Origin: an uncultured Thermoplasmata archaeon
Lineage (GTDB): Archaea > Thermoplasmatota > Thermoplasmata > Lutacidiplasmatales > UBA184
Reading direction: 5' to 3'
Length of the DNA stretch: 64,000 nucleotides
Assembly (NCBI GenBank): GCA_963809035.1
Contig: CAWEHV010000002.1
Location: 1,312,113-1,376,112 of the forward strand
Each line of letters begins with the position of its first letter. Position 1 is the stretch's first letter. Below, piece after piece: positions 10,433 through 22,953 of this stretch. A program made the translations under genes and the position numbers. The notes under the pieces are model-generated. The model had not been told where the DNA came from. It searched no databases and saw only the letters and a list, made by a program, of their open reading frames with translations.

Positions 10433-10893
10433 GGCTAGTCCTTGTAATGCCCGGGAAGAATTTCTATCAATGGCGTTCAGAGTTAACCAGTGCGCTCTCT
10501 CGACTATTGATACACGGGTATGCGCTCAGATTGACTTGTGAGAGTTTCAGCTCTCCAGCTCCGGTTCCACCATTCTTACGCGAAAAAAACTGTGGCTCGT
10601 TTGAAACTGCGTGAGTCTGCCTAGCGAACGAGTAGGGGACAAAGAGACCAACTTGTCGCACGCTCTGGGCGAATAGGGGACATTCCATGTCGAACTTACG
10701 AGTTAGTGAGGGTCTCCAACTTGAAGCGGTCGCGAATTTCATTCCAAGTCGCTTTCCTACTGGATCGTCATGAAGTCGGGACTGAACTGGCAGTTGGACC
10801 CGGTTTGGGTCATCAAATAGATTTTGATCATTGAAAGTGCTATAATTTACCGTCCCGCATCGGGAGCCGGCAGACCAAAGAAATCAGGTCTAG

Positions 10894-11705
10894 TTAGCGT
10901 CGATGGGTTCCGCCAGACAGGAACTTCCTGAGGCGCTCCGTCAAGCTGAGCGACCAGAAATAGGACCATTCCCTGGGGAGTGGCGGTAAAGCGTTCATAA
11001 CCCGATAAGCGAAAGCATAGTGAGGCATGACGCGAATCTTGATCGGCACCCTGGCTACGGTGGGGTCCCAGTACGGCAGTAGCGCCCTCTGAGTCTGAAG
11101 AAATGACCGCTCGATATACAACAATGTGTTTTGCGCGTACCATGAAGCGACATCTGGGTTCGGAGTAAGGCGGTCCCGTAGCGCATCGACTGGGACGTAA
11201 TTGTACAGCCCCGGAACTTCCGGGCCCAATAGTCAGGCCACTGGCAGTTCAAGTGGTTGACACCTGTTTGGCCGGGAACTGCAGCAGAGAACAAGACCAC
11301 CGGGGCGAGATTGACAAGGGATTTTACGATCGAATCACTGCTGATCTTTTCCAAGTGCTCGGCCACCTCAAGGCAGATGACCAAATCGAATCGGCGCCCA
11401 ATCTGTAGTGGTTGCTCGAGATTGAGCGCACGAAATCGATCTGGAGAAATCGAAAGGGAACCGACTGGAACCCAGCTACCATCGACTCCCAAGAAGTCCG
11501 AGACGCCAAATCGCGAAAACTCTGCTAAGAAGGCTCCAACCCCGCATCCGACGTCAATCACGCTTCGGGGGGGCGTGGAGAGTAATTGGTTCAGCATCGG
11601 CACAATCACACGAGCTGCTGCTTCTGAATCGGCCCGAATCCCTTCGAAAAACGACTCACTGTACTGGCTCTGCGGGATAAGCCGAGAGCCACAATTTCCC
11701 GGCAT
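10894..11705 (-). CDS. Class I SAM-dependent methyltransferase, frameshifted near 11215
   Basis: SVIDVGCGVG, FDLVICLEVAEHL, VLFSAAVPGQTGVNHLNCQWPDYW; continues WYAQNTLLY in ORF 10894-11229. Confidence 0.85.
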
Positions 11706-11990
11706 CAGTTAGGTGCTCACCCAGTTTGATTCTGCATCATGGATTCGAATAGACCGACATACAGACTCCACGAACTCTATACTGACATCGGGTAGCTGGC
11801 GCAAACAACCAGGAATACCATGACTTCAATGAAGGCTCATGATTGGGTATCCAATAGATTCAACCTTCCGGTCAATGCGAAAATCATGGGGGGTCTGTTC
11901 TAGGAATCGCCGTTGGATTTCAGGGCCGCCCGCCCTTCAAACCTGATACCCGTGGGGTGATAAACTCGATTGGGGTTTAAGAGTGGCACA

Positions 11991-12928
11991 ATGGACGCCT
12001 TGAACCAACTATTCAACAGCAACGACCCTAAAGAAGTATTCCAATTCTATTCACATTTCCCTAGCCGCGAGAGCTTGATCGACTGGATGCAAAGAAGGCC
12101 GGTTAGCGAGCCCATAATACGTGAGGTCGCAGGAGAATCTGACTTGGTGATCGTGATCCCTACGGCGGATTACAACGGTGTAATGGCGAAACGGTGTCGC
12201 GAGGAGGTCTTCTCCGGCCAGCAACTGGTTTTTCTGGAAAGCAAGGAATCCCCGGATCCGTTTTTTAACTTCGGTCGATTTGTAAACCTCGGTTTTGCAA
12301 GGGCACTGGACTATCAACCTCACTGGATTGCCTATTCCGGTGATGACGTCAGCAAAGTTGATGATATCGCCACACTAAAGCAGGCCCTTTCAAAACTCAA
12401 CCGGAGCGAAATCAAGACTGTATTCTGCCAACCATCGGGGGCGTATCATTCTGTTAGGTCCAAGGTCGTGCGATACAACTTATTGTATTTCACGGCCATG
12501 CATGCTCTCGGCAGAGAGCGGAGGCGAATGGCCAAGCTGCTTCGAAAGTTCAAACTCACTTATGCACCGGGAAGCCCGCAGGGCTTGAGGAAAACTCCAA
12601 GGTTCTTGTATTCCACGATACACGAATACATTGACTCGACTGCGTTCGGGATCTATAGCGCAGAATTCGTGCGGGCAGCCTTGTTAAGCTTTTCGACGAA
12701 GTCTATATCAACAATCGAGAAGAAAGTGAGCTTTCTATTCGACTCAGTTTGAATCCTGAGGAGTGCGCCTTCGTCACTTTCCGTATTAACCCCGGAATTG
12801 GAGCCACCCTTGGCAGGGGCGAGGCGCGAGCGCTGAGGGGTGTCGCCAGCGAGTGTTATTTCAATCAAAAGATAGAGCGCGGTGACTTGCTCCCTATATG
12901 TCAGGATCAGCCAATGATAATCAGATAG
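11991..12928 (+). CDS. Divergent GT-A fold glycosyltransferase-like protein, frameshifted near 12690
   Basis: LVIVIPTAD, FNFGRFVNLG, WIAYSGDDV; the shifted frame gives FDEVYINNREESELS, like the GT2 FDE...ED.DL motif. Confidence 0.55.
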
Positions 12929-13113
12929 GACCGCAAGGAACACTTCGGTTACTGCGCTTCAAGGCATGTGGGTCGGCCGCGAGTGGATGAAAAATGGGTG
13001 ACCAACTATGAGAGAAATGCGATCGTACGGGCTCAGGCGATAAGAGGTGATGAAAACCCGAGGCACGATCAACGCGCCTGCGGAAGGTTATCTCCCGACT
13101 GGGTCTTCTTCGG

Positions 13114-16100
13114 TCAGTTTCGGCGCGGAGGTTTCTCATTGGAATCTGCCGTTTTCCCTGATCCACCAGACCGTCGTTGCATGAGCCAGCGAATTGCGCG
13201 CCCAATTCTCAGGGGTGGGGCAAAAACTGATACGATCAACAAGGACGCGAGGAGAATTGTCAGGGCTAGAGCTTGCACCCCAACAAGTATCAAGTGGATG
13301 CTTTGACCTTCGAATTGTAGGACGTAGCCGAAATCGTTCTGTTTGAATGCCTTTGGCACTACAAACCCGTCCTCCCAGCCGGCGACTATATGGGACGAAG
13401 TAATGGTTGAATCAACGGTCATTGACCAAAGCGAGCTGAACCCATCAGAAAGCATAACAATGGATGTCATGTTTCCCAATGTGCCTGAGTATTCGGTTAG
13501 ACTAGTCGAAGTGATGGTCAGAGTTGAATTTCCGGTTGATGCCGTTGCGGAGGATCCTCGGGTCGAACGGACCGAGCAAAAGTGAATCCAACTCTATGGA
13601 CCCCCTGACATTGATTCTTAACTGCGTGGACCGGACTTCCGACTGAAGCGCTATTGGAAGCCATTCCAAGTAGCGATTCGTCACCGTAAAGTTGGCAATC
13701 GCCATCGACCCGTTAGCGACCGCGACGCTGCCGTTTCCACTTACATGAAGCGCGAGACTCGCGAACGGGGACGGATTCACCGTGAGGCTCGCATTTAGGC
13801 TACCGTTGGAGGCGATCACTTCGCCAGCCAAGGCAGTTGGAGTTGCCTCGATGTGACGCGCATATCCGGGGAAATCTAGTGACGAATACGCAAAGAAGAG
13901 CTGGTCCGATACGGACGCGTTCGAGTCGCAGAGATCAAAGCACACCTCTCTGACCGGAGTCCCTGCCGTTGTTAGGGCATCTGCAATCGAACTGGAGAAA
14001 TCAATGGTTGGTAGGGGGATGTAGGCAGACAGTGCCGATGATGAGGGTAGCTGAGAAAGGGGCAATTCCGCAACCAGTACCCGATGGGACTGAGGGGAAG
14101 TCGAGTGATAAACTCAGATTAGAAACGGTGTATGTAGCCAGGCTTCCAGATCCAAAGTTGGTTGGGAAGGCTACGGTGATCCCTACGTCCGCGGTGAGGG
14201 GGTTGAGTTGTTGTGGACTGAACGGAACTGACACGTTGGGCTGCGTCGGAGTCCCAACGGTGTAGGAGGGGATCTCCCAAAGGATAGCACCAACGGAATC
14301 GAATCCCGCAACCGTAACGTACCCCCCGAGATGCTTCGTGGGACCCGTATAGTTTTGATAGAATCTGTACTCCATACATTTGGTCCTCCACTGGGATCCG
14401 GTTTGAGACCAGATAGAACCCCGGATTGCTCAGCTGGGTACTACTCCCAGTGATTGTGTTGCTCGCGCTTAGAACGGTGATGTTCATTACTCCCGAGCCG
14501 TTGACACCGAAAACCTCGTACCCATTAGTAGTATCTTGAATGCCATTAATGAGATTCGCTGGACCGGGCATGGACCAGCGAGACAGGTTTGCGGGCCAGC
14601 TCCCAACTGTCTGGTTGAGGGGCACTGATGCATTCCCTGCCTGAACCACCGCTATGCCTGGAGCGGCCGTGACAAACGGTCGGTAGTCGATGTTGAGGAA
14701 GGCGACGAAGAGACTGGAATTGAACACATCTTCCAAGTCACGTTGCGCTCTAAGGAGGTCAAGGAACGTCTTGTAGGTGAACCGATGAGCGAACCCTCAT
14801 TCCATTGTGGGGGGCCGGTGAAGTTCGCTTGGAGATCGACCAGCACGTACCTAACTGAAGCCTGTCCGAGCAGGACCCCGATCCGATCCGTTCGATTCTG
14901 AATCAAGTAGTTCAACACCGTCGTAGAGTAGTCAGAACTAAGGGGACCTACGAACAGATTGGACACGCTGGTCGCACCTTCATACTCCGCTAAACCAAAC
15001 GTGTTAATGGCGAATGGCCCGAACTCAGAACCTCCTCCCGGACCAGGGAAAGGAAGTACGAGAAATCGCGAGTCTGAGATTCCACCATGAAGCTCGAGGA
15101 ACGAATCCATTGCAGGATAAGCCGAGGGAACCGTCGGTCCCCATTGCGGAGGTAGCCCGAATGTGCCGGGGGCCTCAAGCACGTTGAAGTCGCCGCTTTC
15201 CAAGTAGAATCCCGCGGGGGCCACCAGGAGAATGAGTACCGAGAGCACATGATGCCACGGTCCCCGGTTGGTGAATCGCCCGATTAATCCCATGGCGCAG
15301 CCTAACGGGGTGGGTGTGTCCAGTTCGACGATCCGTGCCGGTAGTGCCGGGTGAAAGGGAAATCATATCGGTGGAAAGGCCGCTTTGTTCTAAGTTCGCA
15401 ATTCTGTCAATGGTGAAAGTGGCGAGAATCGTTAACGAAACGAAACGTGGTACGCGTAGAACTCCCCAGGATAGTTGAATATAGTGAGCAGACCGAATGC
15501 TTTGTACAGGGGGAGGGTGAATCCGGCCGCTGTCAAAAAGATCCATAGGCCGCAGGAGACGTAGAGAAGGGCGACGAGGTGGCCGAGTTCTCGGTACTTG
15601 GGCATCTCACGAAGAGCAGTCCGGAAAGCGCGAACCCACTGAATCCGACAAGGAGAGCCTCCGACGGAGGAGGATAGAAAATGGCGTATCGCACAGATAA
15701 TCCGGCGCCGAGGAGGGAAAAGAAATTGAGTGGGTAGCTGAACCCATAGGAGATTGGAACTATCGATGTCGCGACCCCGAAGGAGGGTTGAATCGCTCCG
15801 CTAGTGAAATAGGTAAGGTTTCCAAAGTAGAACGGAGCGTTAAGGAGCAACGCCAGCGCAACCGCCATTGTTATCCCGCCAAACAGCCGAAGCCCAGTAC
15901 CAAGCGACTGCCGCGTCAATCCGAGTGAGAGTGGAAGAAGGAGTAGGAGGGGCAATACGTAGACCGGGCCAAAAGGAACAAATGCGAAGATGAAACCAAG
16001 AACCAGCGACAGCAGAATCACCGGTTTTGCCCAAGAACCCTGAGCGATACGTAATGAGAGAAGGAAAACCGTGGGCAAGAGAAGGTCAAAGGGAATCGAA

Positions 16101-16570
16101 CCGCTGGCGTCGAAGACGTCGATAAAAAGATAGGGACTGAGCAGAAATAGGATTCCCCCTATCAGCGCAAACTTTGGCTGCTCAAGATGGGGTTCAAGGA
16201 GACGTTGAAATGAAACCGCGCCGACAAATGAGAATGAGATCAGTGTGAGAGGCTCGAGGAGGGCGGGCGGAATTCCAATGATTGAGAGCATTGAGAGGAG
16301 GACATAACTCGCGGGCTGGGAGGAAGAATAGCCTAGCACTCGAGGATTCCACTGGGAGAGGTATACTGCTATACCATCGGTTGAACGCGTGCCTGGGAAA
16401 AGCAGGAAGAAGTCAGGCGTGATCAGTTGGCCGTTCGAAAACATTGTGCGGAAGAGGACCAAGATTAGAGTGAGCAATGTTCCATAGCTGCAAAGCCGCC
16501 ATTGGACTCGTGCGCCCCAAAACAGGGGCGGTGATCGATCGCCGTTGGAGATGTTGGCCACGGAAGTCAC
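13114..16570 (-). CDS. Large polytopic membrane protein (GT-C-like) with extracellular domain, broken into about 7 ORF pieces
   Basis: Overlapping minus-strand ORFs 15533-16738, 15175-15546, 14652-15293, 14119-14736, 14001-14375, 13502-14065 and 13114-13479; multi-TM N-terminus, then RFLVLP, LGQASVRYVLV, LSDGFSSLW, GWEDGFVVP and a C-terminal TM. Confidence 0.6.
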
Positions 16571-16583
16571 GTTGTCGATTCGT

Positions 16584-17790
16584 TCATCCTGAGTGCCGGG
16601 ACGAATCAAAACTCCTAAATTGATGTGGTGAGTCCTGGCGGTCAATTCTGGACAACACGTTTCGGTACCCACGCTCGGTGAGTTCCCCGATACGCTCGGC
16701 GGAATAGGCTTGCGCGGCCAAAGTCCTCGCTGCCTCACCCAACCTTTTGCGAAGGCCGGTGTCCTCGATCAACATACGAAAGGCAGAGGCCCAGTCTTTG
16801 GGGTTACAAGAAGGGACAATTATCCCGTTTTGTTTATGGCGAACGAAGTCACGGACGGGCGCCAGATCAGATACTATCGAAGGTGTGCCATGAAACGCTG
16901 CCTCGATAACAGTTCCGCAGTACGCTTCTCGGAAGGATGGGAGGACGAATGCGCATGATCCGGGAAGTGCCTTCCGCATTTCGTCGTTCGACAAAACGGT
17001 CTCGAACCTGACGTTCAATTTCCAACCCTGAAGCTAGGAATCGAAATCGTTGTCGCTCCTCTCGTAAGACTGTTGCCTTGACTGGAACACCCTGTTGGTA
17101 GAGTATGTGAAGTGCCTTGAGAAACAAACCGGTATCACGACGCTGGTCCGGCCCCCACGTAGAGGAAGTGGAAAGGGTCACACAGCACCGTCTCGGACGA
17201 AGCCCATGACCGCGGTACCAGTTCAGGTATCACTTCCATTTTCGAGGAGGCGCCGGGATACAACTTGGTAAGTTCTTTCCGCACAGCCGTGGTCTCCGCG
17301 ACGATCCAATCTGCCACTTGCACGCACAAACGGTCGTTATGGGCAAGCATGAAATATTTCGGAGCCGACCAGAAGCGTGTCCGAAGGGGAAGCCGTTCCC
17401 ATTCCTTCAAAGTGACGTCAACCACATGGAAGACGCGAGCACTCCAGTGAGGAGCGTTGCGGCTGAAAGCCCATCCTAGGCCGCCCCCTCGGGCATCAAT
17501 GATATCAGCCCCCGACTTTTTTGCCGAAGCTGCGAGGAATTTCGATACCGCCAGGTTCGCCGTCCATCCGCCAACATAAGGGTAATGGTAGTTAGGGATA
17601 CCACTGACGTGAACGCCACGAATAAATGAATTCTGCGAGATTTGGACGTACGAGTGGATGATGGTCACGTCGTGCCCCTCCTAGCCATTTCCATTGCGAG
17701 CTCCCCCGTAAAAACTGACGCGCCCAACATCGTGGTTGAGCTGAACGGGTCATGCGGGACAAGGTAGGTAATCGAAAGTGACTCGCTCAT
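16584..17790 (-). CDS. GT4 glycosyltransferase, frameshifted (4 pieces)
   Basis: ITYLVPHDPF, FLYVG, FVLPSFREAYCGTVIEAAFHGTPSIVSD. Confidence 0.8.
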
Positions 17791-18051
17791 CGAATCCCCG
17801 GGCCGATTGAGAGCATCATGTGTGTGAGGGGGGAGAATATCCAATGTAATCGCAAACTCTTCACGTCGATGTGGTTCGAGGTTGCAAAATCCCGATAGAG
17901 CCGCCGGCCACAGGACCAACGACTGTCGGAGAGGATTTTGAAGTGACTCATGCTCGCGAAGAGATTCACGGCGCAAAACCTCTCGAAAAGTGATAACGAG
18001 GACACCAAGAGAAGAATACTATTCCTGTCACGAGCATCGGCAATTTGTGAC

Positions 18052-19300
18052 TTACAGTAAGCGTGCTCGGAAGAAAGCTATCTGATTACTTGCCGTGCGC
18101 TCGGCAGTGAAGGTCGGTGGTATCACTTCCAAGCTGGCTGCGATCTTGTCTCGAGTTTGATTGTTCCCAAGCAAATTCACCACCCGGTCAGCAAATAGAG
18201 TCGCGCTTCCGACCGGTACTCGAGGAATGGCAGATCCAAGATAATCATATGCTGGAAGGTCATAGACGATAGGGACGCAACCGTAAGCAGCTGCCTCCAT
18301 TACGGCCAAGGACCACCCTTCCTCATAGCTGGGGTATGCGAACAGTTTGGACGCGGCGAGGAGGTCGCGTTTGTCGTCGTCTGAAAGATGACCTCTCAAT
18401 CTGATGAATTCGGTGAGTCCCACTTTCTCTATGGCTAGTCGGATTTGTCGTTCGAACTGCGGCGATTCGAAATCTCCGCCGACGACCAAGCAAGCGGTGG
18501 GCAGCCGGCGATGGACTTCAGCCCAAATGGATACGAGATCGAATAGTCCCTTCATTGGAGAAAGCCGACTGACAAAACACACATCAATGGGTCGGTCGTG
18601 CGCCCTTAACGTGTCAGGTTCCGGATAGCTGTCAAGGAAGATTTCGTCGTGGAGGACGGGGCCTGAAAACCTCCATCCCGACTCAGAAAGAATGCGTACT
18701 TGGTCAATACTCGGCACGAACCTGCAGACCTTTGTGATGACCAGTGCGGCTTGGTTGACAAGCCAGGGCACCGGCGCACCGAATTACGCCGCCCCGTCGT
18801 CTCGGGTGCCGCCAGGGAGCAGGGGTGAGGTGATGAAATGCAATGACTAAAGGCAGGTTTGACCTTTCTGCGATTCGGCGCGCAGGGACGATATCTAGTA
18901 GATTGGGTGACGCCGCGATGACGATGGATTTGGTGGGGATCTGAGTGGAAGGCGCGACCGGGATGCCAGGGGCTACCGTATTCGTCAGCGCACCGACCAG
19001 AGTCCTGAGGGGTTCCAAGAGGCTACCAGCCTCTTGGTTGATCACGGTTCGCCTAGTCTGCCCAATTGAGACCACTTGGCTGCACTTTCCTTCAAACTCG
19101 TGTGGAAGGTTCGTATACACTGATACAAAGTGCCCCTGCCTGACCCACTCCTGCGCCAAGCGAACGATATGGATTAGTCCTCCTCCGCCTCCTCCCACCA
19201 GCGACGGTCCCGACCTGGTACGGACGGTCACCATATGAAATATCTGGATGTGAAGAGGCGGGTTTCCGGAGGGTTGTGGCACTCCGGGAAAATTCGACAT
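18052..19300 (-). CDS. GT4 glycosyltransferase, frameshifted near 18770
   Basis: GGGG..HIVRLAQEW..QGH.V; FVSRLSPMKG, YPSYEEGWSLAVMEAAAYG. Confidence 0.85.
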
Positions 19301-20466
19301 TAAATCTTCCAGATTAGCGGGCTTAGGTCTCCGCATCCCACATCTAGTTGGTTAGTTTGAGTATGGCTTTTAAGTCTCACTGTAGGAACGGTGCTGCACT
19401 CTATTTGGTTGGCCTCGGGAAGCGAAATGATTTTGCTTCTTCACTCGGTGATGATTGCTCGGACGCCTGAAATTTGTAACCTCGGTGGCGCCAGCACGTC
19501 GTTCCTCCCTTGAGTAAGCAGGGCCCGCCCTTGTTCCAAGGCATGGTGCTCTCGAGACCGTTTCCACACCCCCGAAATGCAGTCTTGGTTTGCGACGCTA
19601 CGAGTACACGCAAATCTCGTTCTCGAGCCAGCACTCAATTTTCCAGCTCCTTCCGGCCGAATCCAGAAACGACCAGGTAGACGATTGCGGTCTACCATCG
19701 CATCGGGGATCCAGGTCAGTTACTCTTTCAGTCGACCCTTTGGGATGTGTCCGAATCTATCCCGACGAAATGCGAGCTCGAGCTTACCCAGCTCTAATGA
19801 AGCCAACCCATTGCTTGCGAGGAATCGATGACTTCAGCGCCTGACCTCCTTCGACCGGTACCGATCGATTCGAGTGTAGCCCCTACTCTTGACGAGCTCA
19901 GTGTCGTCCCGGATTGCTGGAGGTTCGTGATGAGTCTTCCTCTGATTCCGGACCCGAGGTCGAAACATCTCGTCCTCCTATCCAGTTGCCCACTTAGTGC
20001 GGTCCGAGCACCCTCCCGGCAATTGTCGATGTGCTCGGGAAAATAGGGCGTCGACCTTTAGCGGCGACGACCGAGGGGAGATGAAGTGCATGTCATCCCC
20101 CGAGAGAAACCTGAGTGGAAAAGGGGCTAAAGCACGCGGCGGGGCGCTTGTTTCCATATGCTGTGGCGAGAATCCAGCCCAAATATCGCCATGTTGCTAT
20201 GTCAAGTTGAGCGTTACCTATATTTCCTCTCTCCCGAAGTCAATGCGGGGCCTGAAAATTAATGAAGAAGCACGGAGGGGTGCGTTGCCCCTGGTCGATC
20301 GCGTGGTTCAGTGGTTGCCCTCTGCGATAATCAGGTTCTCTCATGTCCAGGCGAAGTTCGCACCGTTCCGGGCCCGTGACTCTCACTCAAGCGTAGGGCC
20401 AAAAGGCGCGAAGGGTTTGAATCAGATGCTCGGAAGGACCAGCATCCGCTGCAGTGTTGGTGTCCG

Positions 20467-21540
20467 ATGAGGATTCTGTGGTTCAGCCATCGCGACATCG
20501 AGCATCCGAGCAGTGGCGGTGACGAACGAGCCATCTACGAGATCACAAAACGTCTGGTCGCTTCCGATAACGACGTCACATGGGTCGCATGCCGATTCCC
20601 GGAATCTCAAAGGGAAGCCACCAGGGACGGAATTCGAATTCTTCGACCCGGCCACGCCTTAGTCACGCATCTTAGTGTAGCCTCCATTATCAAGTCCACG
20701 AGACCGGAAGTCATTGTTGACGACTTGGGCCATGTGATTCCATGGTTCTCGGAAGAGCTAACCGATACTCCTGGGACCGCTTTCTTCCTCCACCTGCATG
20801 CTCGAACACTTTCAGGGCAGGTGAATTCGCTCTTCGTTCCAGGACTCACCTACCTCGAACGACAGTACCGACACATTTACCCAAGGTGGCCGTTCGTCAC
20901 AATAAGTACCCACAGTCTGCAGGATCTAGTTGAACTCGGAATTCCCGAACGTCGGGTGACGAGAATCCCATTGGGCGTGGATTTGCAGAGATTCCATCCC
21001 TCGCCAAAGAACCAGAATCCCATAGTGGTTTATTTCGGCGGATTCCGCGACTACAAGCGACCCTGGGTACCGGTGCAACTGTACAAGAAATTGCAGCAAT
21101 CGGTGAAGGGGGTCAAGCTTGTCATGATTGGCGACGGACCCATTCGAGCTCGAGTTCAGTCCGCCGCTCGTGATTCGGGAATTGAGTTTGTGGGGAAAGT
21201 CAACCCAGACCGCCTCTCGGAGCTTGTTGCGCGGTCGTGGCTGAACGTACACAGTTCGGTTTCGGAGGGATGGGGACTCTCAATAATCGAGGCCTCAGCA
21301 TGTGGAACGCCGACCGTCGCTTTCGCGGTACCTGGCGTCGCCGAGACTATTGAAAATGGATTCAATGGAATCCTTGTCCCTGACGGCAACCTGGATGAAC
21401 TAGCTGATGCGGCGACCGGGCTTCTAAATCACCTCGATGACTGGCCTGAGCGTTCAAGGAGACTTGCAGAACGCTACACTTGGGACGCGACCGCAGCCAA
21501 TTGGTTGAGCCACCTTGAGCGGACGCTGACCGAAAAGTAG
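20467..21540 (+). CDS. GT4 glycosyltransferase
   Basis: MRILWFSHRDIEHPSSGGDE, FGGFRDYKR, SVSEGWGLSIIEASACGTP. Confidence 0.9.
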   Translation: MRILWFSHRDIEHPSSGGDERAIYEITKRLVASDNDVTWVACRFPESQREATRDGIRILRPGHALVTHLSVASIIKSTRPEVIVDDLGHVIPWFSEELTDTPGTAFFLHLHARTLSGQVNSLFVPGLTYLERQYRHIYPRWPFVTISTHSLQDLVELGIPERRVTRIPLGVDLQRFHPSPKNQNPIVVYFGGFRDYKRPWVPVQLYKKLQQSVKGVKLVMIGDGPIRARVQSAARDSGIEFVGKVNPDRLSELVARSWLNVHSSVSEGWGLSIIEASACGTPTVAFAVPGVAETIENGFNGILVPDGNLDELADAATGLLNHLDDWPERSRRLAERYTWDATAANWLSHLERTLTEK

Positions 21541-21737
21541 GGAAACGTCCGATCAACTTGCGGGTGAGCGAACGTGCCGCGAATCCCTTCGCTCGAGCTG
21601 AGTGCAGCTACCCAACCGCTCACATGGGTCAGAAAGCTGAAGCTCTCCGCGACCTCTCCTCAAGGGAGTCAAACGCTCGACGCTTGGCAACGGAATAAGC
21701 GGAGACAACGAGGGGGTGCCGCCTAGAGCTCTTCGTA

Positions 21738-22521
21738 TCAGATCGACCCAAGCAAATCATGGAACTTTTGAATCAGCCTGGGGGGGACCCTCTTCCCCGC
21801 TGGAGAGTTCATTACACGAATCCCGACCAGAGAAACAAACATTACCGGAATCGCCCCCCCGATAGGCATCCTGGTCTCAAGATTGTGCGTCCAATGAATG
21901 GGTACTTCTCGAACTCAGGTGCCCGGCTTTGCGGACATGGTAAAGGAAATCGACATCGAACGCCCGGTTCGTCAGTGTCACAGTCTTCAAAACCGGGCCA
22001 ATGACCGAACTCCGGAAGAACTTCACTCCGCACTGCGTGTCCCGTAGGGGCAAAAATAGAAGAGAGCGCGTTAGGAGGTTCCATACGCGTCCGACGGCTC
22101 GGTTGAAAAGGGGTTCCGCCCCAACCCCCGTTGCGCCACGTGTCCAGCGCGAAGCAAGGACAAAATCAACTTCCGCAAGGTGTTCCACCATTCCGAACAT
22201 CTCGGCTGGGGAGATCGGACCGTCGGCGTCGAGGTACCCTACGAATTCGAACTTTGCCTCTTTTAAGCCCTCGAGCACCGCGCCGCCCTTCCCTAATTTT
22301 GTCGGGTACCTTAGCACTCGAACATGCCGTCCAGTGTACGCCTCGGCGACCTGGGCGGTACGATCGCGAACCCCGTCAGCAACAACGATAATTTCGAACT
22401 GCTCCCCTCGGGCCTCAAGTGCAGAGACGTAGCGCTCGAGCGTCCGGGAGAGGCGGTCCTCTTCATTCCAGGCAGGAATGACGATGCTAACCCCCGGAGC
22501 GCTCAAGTCCAGCTTCGTCAC
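21738..22521 (-). CDS. GT2 dolichyl-phosphate glycosyltransferase-like, frameshifted near 21915
   Basis: SIVIPAWNEEDRL, GKGGAV, YLDADG, DTQCGVK, FDVDFL; the shifted frame continues EVPIHW... to a stop at 21738. Confidence 0.85.
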
Positions 22522-22645
22522 TACCGTTTACCACGATTGTAGCCCTATTTCCCCCTTCCGAGGGACTCCACGGGCTCGGGGAGGTATAACCGGGCCCGTC
22601 CTCTGTGAAATCCAAGGAGGGAGGGTCTCGGATCGTGAATTGACG

Positions 22646-22671
22646 GTGTGTGTAATTGCACATGCACCTAC
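22646..22671 (+). repeat. dif-like dispersed site 6
   Basis: GTGTGTGTAA-TTGCAC-ATGCACCTAC. Confidence 0.75.
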
Positions 22672-22681
22672 ACAGTTGCTT

Positions 22682-22765
22682 GCTTCCGGTAAGGGGACCC
22701 TTCGGAGAGCCGGAGCTCAGCCGCCGTAGGGTTGACCCTTCTCAAAGCCGGAGATTGTCAAAGGA
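22682..22765 (+). repeat. ~85-bp non-coding repeat, copy A (copy B at 30502-30584)
   Basis: Identical 22-mer GCCGCCGTAGGGTTGACCCTTC plus similar flanks (GCTTCCG..., CCGGAGATTG.CAAAGGA). Confidence 0.85.
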
Positions 22766-22953
22766 CCCCCTGAATTTGGGCAGTAACCCTCCTCGGTCGA
22801 CAAGTCGAAAGAGGATTGGAAATGGCTCGTCCGTCAAGCCCCGGGGAGAATGGGAGCTCTCGACCCTCCTGGGCCGCGAACCATCCCTACGTCGCGAGTA
22901 GGGCCCCCTTATCCGGCTGGGGATCGTGTAAGAGGCCCTATTGTCGCTCCGAT

